This document shows, one piece after another, positions 19,592-28,805 of a DNA stretch of 64,000 bases. The stretch comes from an uncultured delta proteobacterium (lineage in GTDB: Bacteria > Desulfobacterota > Binatia > UBA9968): contig CAVSHR010000004.1 of the NCBI GenBank assembly GCA_963727625.1, forward strand, positions 1,184,001 through 1,248,000. The letters run 5' to 3'. Made by a program: the position numbers and the translations under genes. Under the pieces are notes generated by a model. It did not search any database, was not told the origin of the DNA, and saw only the letters and a program-made list of their open reading frames with translations. Each line of letters opens with the position of its first letter. The first letter of the stretch is position 1.

Positions 19592-20419
19592 ATGCCCCAA
19601 GCTATTCTGCCAAAGCCTTTCGAAGGCGACGAACACCGATCTTTTCTTTGGCAAGGGAGCGATGGCGCGGCGCTGCTGGTTCACGGCTTTCCCGGGACTC
19701 CGGCAGAGATGCGGCCGCTCGGAACCGTTCTCAAGGACGCCGGCTGGACCGTGCATGGCTTGATGCTCCCCGGACTGGGCGCGGACATTGGGAGCTTGGA
19801 CCAATGCACCGCGCGGGATTGGTCGGACGCGGTAAAACAAGCCGTGCAACTGTTGAAGCCGCGCCATTCGCCGATTCTGTTGGTCGGCTATTCCATGGGA
19901 GCTGCCTTGGCCTTAAACGCGGCCCTCGAACAGCGGCCCAGCGGACTGGTTCTGCTCGCGCCCTTTTGGAGTTTCGGCGAGGGCTGGCCGAGTCGGTTGT
20001 GGCCGGTGGTCAAGCTGCTCATGCGCCGGGTGAAACCATTGAAACGCGCCGATTTCACCGCGCCGGAGGTTCGCCACGGGATCGAGCGTATGTTTAAGAA
20101 CATCGATCTGGAAAATCCGCAAATCCGCCACGCCCTGCGCCAACTCACGGTCTCGTTACGCCCGATCGAGCAGATCCGCCAGCTGGGACAGAGGGCATTT
20201 GCCCAGGCATCGAAGATCGATGTTCCGACCTTGGTCATGCAGGGCAACCGGGACAAGGTCGTTCCGCCGATCCGCACCAAGCGTCTGATAAACGCTTTTG
20301 TCAACCGGGTCGAATACCATGAACTGGAGGGGGGCCATGACCTGGTTGACCCTGAGAGCGGGGCTTGGAATCCGGTCAAGGAATCCTTACTGCGGTTTGC
20401 TGCATCGCTGCGAACGTAG
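19592..20419 (+). CDS. Alpha/beta hydrolase (carboxylesterase/lipase-like)
   Basis: LVHGFPGTPAEM, GYSMG nucleophile motif, QGNRDKVV, GGH. Confidence 0.88.
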   Translation: MPQAILPKPFEGDEHRSFLWQGSDGAALLVHGFPGTPAEMRPLGTVLKDAGWTVHGLMLPGLGADIGSLDQCTARDWSDAVKQAVQLLKPRHSPILLVGYSMGAALALNAALEQRPSGLVLLAPFWSFGEGWPSRLWPVVKLLMRRVKPLKRADFTAPEVRHGIERMFKNIDLENPQIRHALRQLTVSLRPIEQIRQLGQRAFAQASKIDVPTLVMQGNRDKVVPPIRTKRLINAFVNRVEYHELEGGHDLVDPESGAWNPVKESLLRFAASLRT

Positions 20420-20517
20420 GCCGTCGGAAAGCCGCGCTCATTCCGCTGCAATAGTGTAACCGGCAGAAACCTGTTAAAGAAAACAAGCTAGAGACGAATT
20501 CCTCTTGGTCGACTCTT

Positions 20518-21321
20518 ATGCAAAATCGCGCTGCTGGCCTCGTCGAAGTCTATCACTCTCAGCCGGTCAATATTCGCTCGCTCTTGCTCGCGGCGCTGGC
20601 GCTCTATTGCGGCTTGTATGCGAGGGTCACCGCTGCCCAGGAAGAAGCGCCGCTCTCGCCCGGCGCTTATAAATTGGAAATGATCATGGCCTCGACCACG
20701 CGGGTGCCTTTTTTTGGCAGCTCGAAATCCGCCTCCAAGTCCGTATCCCTGGTGGAGATCCACCGCGACGGCAACAGTCTTAGTCAAAGCCACAAGGTCT
20801 GCGACTTTCGCGTCCTTGAAGATTCCAAGCTGATCAAGATGATTTTTCCGGAGAAATTTGTCGCCGCTCTAGCCAATCACAGCTATCCCATTCAACTTGA
20901 AAAAGGCGCCCAAGGATGGCATTACCGCGCCGATCTCGGCATCGAACGCATCGGTTATCGAAATAGCGGCGCGGAAGACAAGCTGCCAGCCAAAGTCGAC
21001 GATCCGGCGGTTTTCGATTGGGACGGCGACGGCCATCCCGGCGCCACGCTGAAAATCTCCGTGCCCTTGTTGCCGGATGGCGAACTCTATGTCGTCCAGC
21101 GAGGCCAATCGATCCTCACCGGCCGACTGGTTCAGCCGGGCAGGATCGAAGGTCATATCGACGTACGCACCTTCGACCAGCGGGTTATCGACGCCTGGCC
21201 CAGTTTCCTCGCCACATCGCCGGAAATTGTGCCGGATCCAAAGGAAAGCCGCTTTATCCTGACCGCGATTCCCGCCGGCACGAGCTGCGCCACGCTGCGC
21301 GCCGCGGCGCAAAAACCGTGA
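20518..21321 (+). CDS. Hypothetical secreted protein with DxDxDG motif
   Basis: Signal-peptide-like LLLAALALYCGLYARVTAA; VFDWDGDGHPGATL; beta-rich; start uncertain. Confidence 0.65.
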   Translation: MQNRAAGLVEVYHSQPVNIRSLLLAALALYCGLYARVTAAQEEAPLSPGAYKLEMIMASTTRVPFFGSSKSASKSVSLVEIHRDGNSLSQSHKVCDFRVLEDSKLIKMIFPEKFVAALANHSYPIQLEKGAQGWHYRADLGIERIGYRNSGAEDKLPAKVDDPAVFDWDGDGHPGATLKISVPLLPDGELYVVQRGQSILTGRLVQPGRIEGHIDVRTFDQRVIDAWPSFLATSPEIVPDPKESRFILTAIPAGTSCATLRAAAQKP

Positions 21322-21355
21322 TTCAACTGGTCGGCGTCCGACTGAGGTTAAAAAA

Positions 21356-22471
21356 TTGTTCGGCGCGAAAAGACACAGAAGATTAAGGCTCATTCAAGCC
21401 GGCGCGTCGCCGAGCGCGGACCGCATCAGCATTATCTTGCCGGTGCTAAACGAAGCGCCGCGCATCGACGCCTGTCTCGACGCGCTGATTGCGCAGAGTG
21501 AAGAAGTCGACGAGATTCTGGTCGTCGACGGCGGTTCGACGGACGGCACTCGGTCGATCGTCGCGCGCTACCGGGACAGAGACGGCCGGGTGCGTTTACT
21601 CGACGCCAGCCCCATCGACGTGCATTGGACCGGCAAGGTTTGGGGGCTCAATTTCGGCCTGCAGCGCTCCGCGCCGAGCTGCCAATGGATTCTCTGCATC
21701 GATGCGGACGTGCGCGTTGCGCCGCTGCTCTCGCGCTCGCTCCTGGCCCATGCCAATCGAATGGGCGTATCGACGTTCTCCATCGCAGCCCAACAAAAGC
21801 TCTCGGGCAAGCTCGAAGCTTTAATCCACCCGCCGATGCTGACCACGCTGATTTACCGCTTCGGCTCGCCCGGTAACGCTACGCGCAGCGTTCACAAGGT
21901 CAAGGCCAACGGCCAGTGCTTTTTCAGCCGGCGCGATATTTTGTTGCGCACCGAGGCTTTCAATGCCGCGCGCGCCTCGCTCTGTGAAGATATCACCATC
22001 GTGCGTCGTCTCGCCGAATGCGGCGAGTGGGTCGGCTTTTACGAGGCCGAGCCGGGTTTGATCGATGTGCGCATGTACGGTAGCTGTCGCGAGACCTGGG
22101 CCAACTGGCCGCGCTCCCTGCCCATGCGCGATCAATATTTCGGCTGGCGCGAAGCCATGGGGTTCCCGGGCATCCTGCTGGTTCAGGCGTTGCCGCTGCC
22201 GGCATTCCTGCTCGGCATTGGGTTCGGCGCGCCGCTGTGGTTTCTCCTGCTCGTCGGACTCTTGTTGGCCATTCGCATCGGCGTTTTGATCGGTGTCGCC
22301 CGCGCCTACCCGGCGCGGCCGTGGACGTTTTGGCTATCGCCGCTTTGCGATCTGCCCGTGGTTTTGCGGATCATCCAGTTCGCCCTTCGCCGCCGCCATA
22401 GCTGGCGCGGCCGCACCTATGTGCGCCAACCCGGTGGCCGGTTTGAGCCGGCGAGCAATCCCGACTCTTAG
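21356..22471 (+). CDS. Family 2 glycosyltransferase, CruG-like (carotenoid glycosyltransferase)
   Basis: IILPVLNEA, VVDGGSTDGT, WTGKVWGL, IDADV, ANGQC, CEDIT, WPRSL, C-terminal TM segments and WRGRTY; start uncertain. Confidence 0.82.
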   Translation: MFGAKRHRRLRLIQAGASPSADRISIILPVLNEAPRIDACLDALIAQSEEVDEILVVDGGSTDGTRSIVARYRDRDGRVRLLDASPIDVHWTGKVWGLNFGLQRSAPSCQWILCIDADVRVAPLLSRSLLAHANRMGVSTFSIAAQQKLSGKLEALIHPPMLTTLIYRFGSPGNATRSVHKVKANGQCFFSRRDILLRTEAFNAARASLCEDITIVRRLAECGEWVGFYEAEPGLIDVRMYGSCRETWANWPRSLPMRDQYFGWREAMGFPGILLVQALPLPAFLLGIGFGAPLWFLLLVGLLLAIRIGVLIGVARAYPARPWTFWLSPLCDLPVVLRIIQFALRRRHSWRGRTYVRQPGGRFEPASNPDS

Positions 22472-22495
22472 GCGAATTTTCTTGGGAGCGTTTCG

Positions 22496-23230
22496 GTGGC
22501 CTCGCTCACGGAATTGATCATCGATAAAGCCATGCGCGCCATCGCCGCCGCGCTCGCCGCCGGCCGTCTGAAAACGGCCGCGAACGGCGTGGAAAATATC
22601 CCGGCGCGCGGCCCGGCGCTGATCGTCGCGCGCCATTACCATCATCTGTTTGACGGACTCGCTCTGTTCGCCGCCATGCCGCGGCCGTTCCACATCGTGG
22701 TCACGGTGGACTGGGCAAAAAACCGCCGTACGAAATTTTTCATGGAAGCGATGACCCGCGCCGCGCGCTGGCCGGTGCTGCTGCGCGCCGACGCGCTGGC
22801 GCGCGGCGGTCATAACCCCGGTCGACTCTTTTCCCCGAACGACGTCACGCACTACCAACGCAAAGCGCTGCGCCAAGCCGTCGAGTTGCTCGTCCAGGGA
22901 AGGATCGTCGTGGTTTTTCCGGAGGGCTACCCCAACATCGACCCGACCTACACGCCCAAGACCGAGCCCGAAGCGTTCCTGCCTTTCAAACCGGGCTTCG
23001 TCCACATTCTAAGCGCGGCGGAGAAACGCGTGAAACAAAAAATTCCGATTATCCCCGCGGGCCTATGCTACACGCCCGGCAAGCCGTGGGTTGGACAGTT
23101 GAAGTTCGGCAAGATCAACTATCGTGCAGATTTTGCCGATTCGAAGGAAATGATCTTTTTTTTAGAGGGCAAGGTAAAATCACTTTCCAGATCCATAGAA
23201 TCCCGTGGACTTGAGCAGAGCGGTGAATAG
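22496..23230 (+). CDS. PlsC-like (lysophospholipid/carotenoid glycoside) acyltransferase
   Basis: GVENIPARGPALIVARHYHHLFDG (HxxxxD), VFPEGYP, FKPGF, PIIPAGL. Confidence 0.82.
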   Translation: MASLTELIIDKAMRAIAAALAAGRLKTAANGVENIPARGPALIVARHYHHLFDGLALFAAMPRPFHIVVTVDWAKNRRTKFFMEAMTRAARWPVLLRADALARGGHNPGRLFSPNDVTHYQRKALRQAVELLVQGRIVVVFPEGYPNIDPTYTPKTEPEAFLPFKPGFVHILSAAEKRVKQKIPIIPAGLCYTPGKPWVGQLKFGKINYRADFADSKEMIFFLEGKVKSLSRSIESRGLEQSGE

Positions 23231-23345
23231 CGTGTCTCTGCGATCGGAGCCCGCTCACAGCGGCCCTCAGCGCCTCACGCTCATTCCAAGATGGACAAAA
23301 TTGTTGTCGCAGACCCCGACCACGATGACAGCCACACCGCCGGCG

Positions 23346-23729
23346 CTACTTTTTGACTTTTCTTAAGGATTTAAGATCAGCGAAAGCTTTATAGGTCGAA
23401 GGTGCGTCCGCCTCGTCCCCCGCTGTCGGTTCGCCGTAGGCGGCCTGGTCCAGCGAGCGCGAGTGCTCGCTGTCGTGACAATAGAGACATAGCAGTTCCC
23501 AGTTGCTGCCGTCGGGCGGATTATTGTTATGATTGCGGTCTTTGTGATGGACCGTCAGCTCACGCAGTTTCTTCCCGGAAAACTCCCGACCGCACCACGC
23601 GCAAATCCACGGCAAGATCTTCAGCGCTTGATCCCGATAAACATTGCCGCGCCGCTCACGATCATGCCGCGCTTCGGCCAAGATCTGATCCAGCGCGTCA
23701 ATTCCACGACGATTTGTCTTCTCTGGCAT
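23346..23729 (-). CDS. yajD: YajD family HNH nuclease
   Basis: YRDQALKILPWICAWCGREF..LRELTVHHKDRNHNNNPPDGSNWELLCLYCHDSEHSR. Confidence 0.92.
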   Translation of the reverse strand: MPEKTNRRGIDALDQILAEARHDRERRGNVYRDQALKILPWICAWCGREFSGKKLRELTVHHKDRNHNNNPPDGSNWELLCLYCHDSEHSRSLDQAAYGEPTAGDEADAPSTYKAFADLKSLRKVKK

Positions 23730-23951
23730 ACGAGATCTCGATTGACTGAGAGCGCAACGATCCCCCTGGCAGTACGCCAATTTCACCGTGAATTCTATAA
23801 TCCAACCCATCAATCCGCAAAGTCAGAAAGGCAAAAGACGACCTTTTTTTCCGGTTTGCGGCCGGCCGCGCCGACCCGCAGTGGTTGTGTCAATGCAGAA
23901 GCAGCCTGCTTCCTTCTTCCAGTCCGGCAAAACCGTTCGGAACGATTCGTC

Positions 23952-24443
23952 TCACGGCGGCCCGGCCGACTGCGAATCGCTGCGGGCCATCATGTCACGA
24001 AGTTTAGCGCGATGCCTTTTGCCGTCGTCGTCAATGCGTTCGAGAAGCTCCGTGATCTCCGAAAACTCACCACTGAGCGCCGGCAAATCGTCTTTCAACT
24101 CCCCCGAGCAGTGGCGCTCCTCCTCAAGATCGGTTCGCAGGTAAAGCCAGCTGTTCTGTTCCCTGGCGACGTGGATCGGAATGACGTCAGGAAGCTTTTT
24201 CCCCAGACCTTTTATTTTCGCGCCAAGCGATTCAGCGTGTTCCTCCTCTTCCGCAGCGATGCTGAGAAGCGCCTCGCGAAACTGCGGGTAATGGATTCGT
24301 TCGGCATCCTGGCGATAGCGCGTGGCCTGCTGTTTATCCCTGACATAGCGATGGCGCAAGACGTCCAGAACGGCCGCGCGCGCTCCTTCGCTGGAGCCTA
24401 ACAACGTTCCCCGCCCATCCGACCAGTTCATTCGTAGCGCCAT
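23952..24443 (-). CDS. Ferritin-like four-helix-bundle protein
   Basis: AAEEEEHA (ExxH), DLEEE, DDDGKRH; RBS AAGGAGG; some diiron ligands degenerate. Confidence 0.7.
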   Translation of the reverse strand: MALRMNWSDGRGTLLGSSEGARAAVLDVLRHRYVRDKQQATRYRQDAERIHYPQFREALLSIAAEEEEHAESLGAKIKGLGKKLPDVIPIHVAREQNSWLYLRTDLEEERHCSGELKDDLPALSGEFSEITELLERIDDDGKRHRAKLRDMMARSDSQSAGPP

Positions 24444-24485
24444 TGTGACCTCCTTTCACAAGGATCAATCTCTACAATCATGATG

Positions 24486-24501
24486 AGCAAAGCTCGGACC
24501 A
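24486..24501 (-). promoter_or_regulatory. Putative sigma54 (-24/-12) promoter
   Basis: Minus strand TGGTCC-GAGCT-TTGCT with exact GG-N10-GC spacing, about 40 bp upstream of the ferritin-like gene. Confidence 0.55.
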
Positions 24502-24671
24502 GTCAAGAACCACCCTGGATTGAGCCATAGGGGGCCAAAAAGTGGATAAATGCCCAGGGCATTGTCATTCTGAAGAATCGGCCTACGGAACGATCGCAGC
24601 AATGACAACTCGGCCTCGCCGCTCCTCGTCCTTAACTCCTCCGCGGTGAATTCACCGATGTTTTAATTAAA

Positions 24672-24785
24672 CATTTCGACGTTTAGCGAATTCCCGAAAA
24701 CGTGAAAGTCCCCGATTCGATCGAGCCCTGATCGTCTTCAACGTCTGGAACGGAGCCGTGGAACGGGGGAACCACATGAACAGGC
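24672..24785 (+). repeat. Composite TTGAACG-family intergenic repeat (copy A, degenerate)
   Basis: Head CATTTCGACGTTTAGCGAATTCCCGAAAACGTGAAAGTCCCC plus degenerate GGAACGGAGCCGTGGAACG core. Confidence 0.7.
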
Positions 24786-25149
24786 TTCGGTATTATGTCG
24801 AATGTTGAACTCTTGCGCGAGCGTTAATCTTAACCGTTATCAACGGAGCACCCTGAATTCTTCCGAGTGGCGAGCACGTTGACCTAACCGCTGTTTAGTC
24901 GGATACGAAAGTGTTAGTCGGTGAATTGTTCATTTGACCACGCCAGACTCCGCACCCACCCAAACTATCAATCCCAAGCGGGTCTCAGCGATGCGAGCAA
25001 TCCGCGCTTTATTCTAAGATATCTATCAGGTTTCCTTCCGGGTCCGGCAGCTGATGTTTGCCGTACCGGCAAGTCTGGAGCAATCCGAGCACGACGTCGT
25101 ACTCCTATTGTAAATTCGGCGATTTCGGCGCCAGGCATTCGGGGTCGGC

Positions 25150-25722
25150 CCGGAAAACAGCACGGTTTTGCATCGCAAGAACCCTGTTCTCTTGGGCGCA
25201 CCACCGGGGAAACCGCCGCACGATTACTCCTACATGAAGGCGGTCATGAAATCCGCGATGATTCACGATGCTCTGGTCAAATCCGGTATACGCGACGTGC
25301 GCGGGGTGTGGGCGCCGGAATGCGGCGGGGGCCGTTCCTTGATCGTGGTTTCTATCAAGCAAGGTTTTTGCGGTCATTCGCGACAAGTCGCCGGGATCGC
25401 CGCTCTTTGTCCGGAAGCCTCCGATATGAATCGCTATGTGGCCGTCGTCGACGAAGACATCGAATATATGAACCTCGAAGAGGTCGTGTGGGCGTTATGC
25501 ACGCGAGTGGACCCGGCGACAGACATCGAGATCCTAAGGAAGACGCAGGGAAACAAGGTCGATCCTATGCGAAGAGAACCCGGCCCGACGTATAACTCGT
25601 GCGACTTCATCGATGCCTGCAAGCCGTTCGATTGGATCGACGATTTCCCCGAGGTCACCGAATCGAGCCCGGAATTCATGGCCGGAATCGCAAACAAATG
25701 GCGACATCTATTTCCGAATTAA
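25150..25722 (+). pseudogene. UbiD-family decarboxylase, C-terminal remnant
   Basis: VSIKQGFCGHSRQ, VVDEDIE..NLEEVVWALCTRVDPATDI, IDACKPF; N-terminal two thirds absent. Confidence 0.75.
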
Positions 25723-25765
25723 TCCAACTGCAGTTACGCTATGTTACAAGCCCCGAGAACTTCAC

Positions 25766-25845
25766 GGAGTAAAACGGTTGAACGATTGAAACGGTTCCAT
25801 TCCGACTGTTGTCTGGTACCTGTTGCCTCGCACCTTACCTCTCCT
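25766..25845 (+). repeat. TTGAACG-family repeat (partial core plus tail)
   Basis: CGGAGTAAAACGGTTGAACGATTGAAACGGTTCC..CCGACTGTTGTCT. Confidence 0.6.
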
Positions 25846-25852
25846 CTTATCC

Positions 25853-26752
25853 TCATTCCCCCCGTACAACCAAAACTGGATCGTCGGCGTGACGCACGAC
25901 TTTTTCGGTTACGCTACCGAGCATCCAGCGCCGTACGCCAGAGCGACCATGGGTGGACATGGCGATCACCGCGCGCGGCGCCGTCTGTGCGTAGCTGATA
26001 ATTTCGTCGGCGGCAGGGCCTTCTATCGTGCGAGTCGACACCGTCCGGACGCCCGTCCCAACCAGAGAGTCCGCTTGTTCTTTGAGATAGCCGCCCGCTT
26101 CTTTACGCGCTTCCTCCCGAAACGCGTCGTAGTCGGGCATATAATCTTCACTGCCATAGTATGCTGAAGCGGAAAAGTCGAAAGCGCGAACCAACGTCAC
26201 CTCAACGTCAAGCGCTTGCGCCCAATTTGACACGGTCGGGAGTATCTTCTCCGCAAGCGATGAACCGTCCAAGGGGACAACGATCGAATCGATGATCCGC
26301 TGAGGAGACGCCTTCGCCGCCGCCGCCCGCACCAGGAACAAGGGATTGGTTGTGCCGCGCAGCACCTTCTCCGCCACACTACCCAACAACCACCGCTTCG
26401 CGCCGGAGCGACCGTGAGTCGCCATGGCAATCAGCGTATCGCGGTCCTTGCTGGTTGTTTCAAGAATGGCCTCCGCCGGTTGGCCTCGCACAACCCGGCA
26501 CTCAATGGGAAAACGAGAAAAGCTTTTGGCGACATTCTCCAGGTAGCTTGCGCTATTTTTTTCCTCAGCAGCGATAATTGAGTCCAAATGGTGAACTTTA
26601 TCCGCTGACAAATGGGTCGTCATCGCGCCAATATCGATTGCCGACACCAGCTCAACCGAGGTCTTGAATCCGGCGGCAAAGGCCTCGGCGTAGGGCAGCA
26701 CCGCTTCCGCCGTTGCAGAACCGTCCAACGGAACCAAAATTCTTTTATACAT
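25853..26752 (-). CDS. Universal stress protein, tandem USP domains
   Basis: ILVPLDGS..AE, MATHGRSG..RWLLGSVAEKV; second domain IVVPLDGS..STHGRSGVRRWMLGSVTEKVVR. Confidence 0.95.
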   Translation of the reverse strand: MYKRILVPLDGSATAEAVLPYAEAFAAGFKTSVELVSAIDIGAMTTHLSADKVHHLDSIIAAEEKNSASYLENVAKSFSRFPIECRVVRGQPAEAILETTSKDRDTLIAMATHGRSGAKRWLLGSVAEKVLRGTTNPLFLVRAAAAKASPQRIIDSIVVPLDGSSLAEKILPTVSNWAQALDVEVTLVRAFDFSASAYYGSEDYMPDYDAFREEARKEAGGYLKEQADSLVGTGVRTVSTRTIEGPAADEIISYAQTAPRAVIAMSTHGRSGVRRWMLGSVTEKVVRHADDPVLVVRGE

Positions 26753-27036
26753 CCTCGCCTCCTTAGGAACGCAGGGACTGGTTTTTCGCCATGGCTACGC
26801 CATACCACAAGAATCTTATCAGCTTATTTTGCAAATATCGCGAGCTTTTTGCGCCCAGCGCTTGCCGATTGCGGCCAAGCGATACCGGAACGAGTGCAAA
26901 GGGCTTCGGTTTGCGTGAGAGCGTGTGCTTCAACTCAAAAATTGCAGCTAAGCCTCTGGGCTACTCCTGTTCTGCAATCTTTTATTTATCGCTGAATCAA
27001 TATCTTCCGCAGCTCCGACCTGGACTTCGCAACGCT

Positions 27037-27125
27037 AAACGCTTTGAACGTAGCGAAGCGGTCGAACTGCTGGAAGAATTAGAACCATCCGATTGTTCCT
27101 GTTGCCTACCGCCTTGCCTATTCCA
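27037..27125 (+). repeat. TTGAACG-family repeat (core plus tail)
   Basis: AAACGCTTTGAACGTAGCGAAGCGGTCGAACTGCTGGAAG...TGTTGCCTACCGCCTTGCCT. Confidence 0.7.
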
Positions 27126-27127
27126 AC

Positions 27128-28318
27128 TCAATTTTTGTATTCGATGACGTCGAGGCCGCGCTCCTTGTCGGTCACCCACAGAAGACCGCGGTGGTCCTTG
27201 AAGATGTCGTTGGTCAGCGGCGCCGCCACCCCGTCCCCCGGTTTCGGAATGAAGTAGCCCTGCTCCTTGGGGTTCGCCGGATCGTTGATGTCGATGATGC
27301 GCAGCCCACCGGCGAACCAGGTGACGTAAAGCAGATTATCCTCATCCACCTTCTCGCGCAGCTGATGCGTGCCAAAGCGGACCTTGTCGGCGGGATAAGG
27401 TGTTGCGGATTCGAGCAGGTAGTACGAGTGGAGCAACCTCGGCTGCCCAGGATCGCTGACGTCCCAGGTGCGCAACGGCGCGTGCGGCTTGCCGGCGTCG
27501 GCGCCCCGATGCGCGCGCTCCTCCTCCGTCGATACCGCGATCTGCCTGCCGCCGATCGGGTGCGGCACCTTGAGGAAGGTGTGGGTCGGCTCGGGGCAGG
27601 GCGGGTCATACTCGTAGCGCGACAAAGTGCGCGGTGCTTTGATCTGGCTTACGTCGATGATCGAGATCCCCGACATCCAGCAACCGGCATACATCTCGGT
27701 GCCGCAGCGCATCGCATGGTGCAGGCGGTGCTCGGCGCGCTTCGGATGCGGCACGTCGCCGCCCGCCACGTTCTGCCCTTCCATCGACCAGCGCGCGAGC
27801 TCCACCGGCTTGGATGGATTGCGGATATCGTAGATGACCAGGATGTTGCCGACGTAACCCTCCATTTCGGTCGATATATAGGCGAAGTTCTCGTCCATGT
27901 CGAAACGATGCACGCCCTTGCCGTGGGTTTTTACGAAGCTCACGAGCTTGGGGCTGGCCCTGTCTTTGACGTCGTAGATACGAAAACCGCCGTCGGGATA
28001 GTCCTCGAGGCGGGCGCCATGACCGCGCTCGAATTCGGAATTGACGATCATGAGATCGCCGACGCAGCGCGCCTTGTGCGAGTGTGACCAGGGGTGGTTG
28101 GGCGCGAGCTTGCTGAGAACCTTCGGCCTGCGCGGGTCGGATATGTCGAGGATCGTCGTTCCGTGCGGCCGGTGTTGGTGGCCGACGTAGGCAAACTTTC
28201 CGTCGATGACGATCTGTCCTCCGCCCTCGAGCTCCATTCGGCAGAGATGGCGAATGTTCGACGACCCGCGCGGCGCCGTGCCGCTGCCGCTTTCCGCTGC
28301 AAGCAAACCTTCGGTCAT
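27128..28318 (-). CDS. LVIVD-repeat beta-propeller protein
   Basis: Repeated units TTILDISDPRRP, FRIYDVKDRASP, LVIYDIRNPSKP, ISIIDVS, LRIIDINDPANP; GGAGG RBS before ATG 28318. Confidence 0.88.
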   Translation of the reverse strand: MTEGLLAAESGSGTAPRGSSNIRHLCRMELEGGGQIVIDGKFAYVGHQHRPHGTTILDISDPRRPKVLSKLAPNHPWSHSHKARCVGDLMIVNSEFERGHGARLEDYPDGGFRIYDVKDRASPKLVSFVKTHGKGVHRFDMDENFAYISTEMEGYVGNILVIYDIRNPSKPVELARWSMEGQNVAGGDVPHPKRAEHRLHHAMRCGTEMYAGCWMSGISIIDVSQIKAPRTLSRYEYDPPCPEPTHTFLKVPHPIGGRQIAVSTEEERAHRGADAGKPHAPLRTWDVSDPGQPRLLHSYYLLESATPYPADKVRFGTHQLREKVDEDNLLYVTWFAGGLRIIDINDPANPKEQGYFIPKPGDGVAAPLTNDIFKDHRGLLWVTDKERGLDVIEYKN

Positions 28319-28468
28319 GTTGTACCTCCCATCAAAACCTGCCGGCGATTGCGGCCGGCGGCGATCCATCACCGTAAAATAATCGGGATTTCTCTTTTTG
28401 GCAAAGGCCCTCGTGTCCTTACCATTTGACAAAAGGATCAGCTCACGCAGGCGGCGTGAATAACCGTA

Positions 28469-28756
28469 CATTTCAACGTTTCGAGAATTCCCTAAACATT
28501 GAAGTTCCGCATACGAATCTGACCTTGAACTATTGAACGCTTGAACCTTGAACTCGCGTAAGCCTTTTGAACGAAGTGAAGCGCTGGAAAGCTTGGAACG
28601 CTCGGTTTCTTACTGTTGCCTATTGCCTTGCGCCCGGTGCCTGTTCGAGAAACGTTTTGAACCGAGCACAGCGGTTGAACGGCTGGAACGATTAGAGCGG
28701 CCCGGTCCCCTGGTGAACGCAGAGAAATAGTTGAACAGCTTGAACGATCTGAAGGT
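28469..28756 (+). repeat. Composite TTGAACG-family repeat (copy B, with about 3 cores)
   Basis: CATTTCAACGTTTCGAGAATTCCCTAAACATTGAAGTTCC head; TTGAAC arrays; GAACGAAGTGAAGCGCTGGAAAG; TGTTGCCTATTGCC; GAACCGAGCACAGCGGTTGAACGGCTGGAACG. Confidence 0.8.
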
Positions 28757-28805
28757 TTGGCTATTAAATACGATTTGCATCGGCCAGGCTGGCGATCCCG
28801 ACTCA

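Noticed and set aside
23346-23729. HNH nuclease as a defence or homing element
   Set aside because: It matches the ordinary standalone YajD family, with no associated defence genes or intron context.
28469-28756. TTGAAC arrays as a CRISPR array
   Set aside because: Units are degenerate 7-35-mers with irregular spacing, no constant-length unique spacers and no cas genes.
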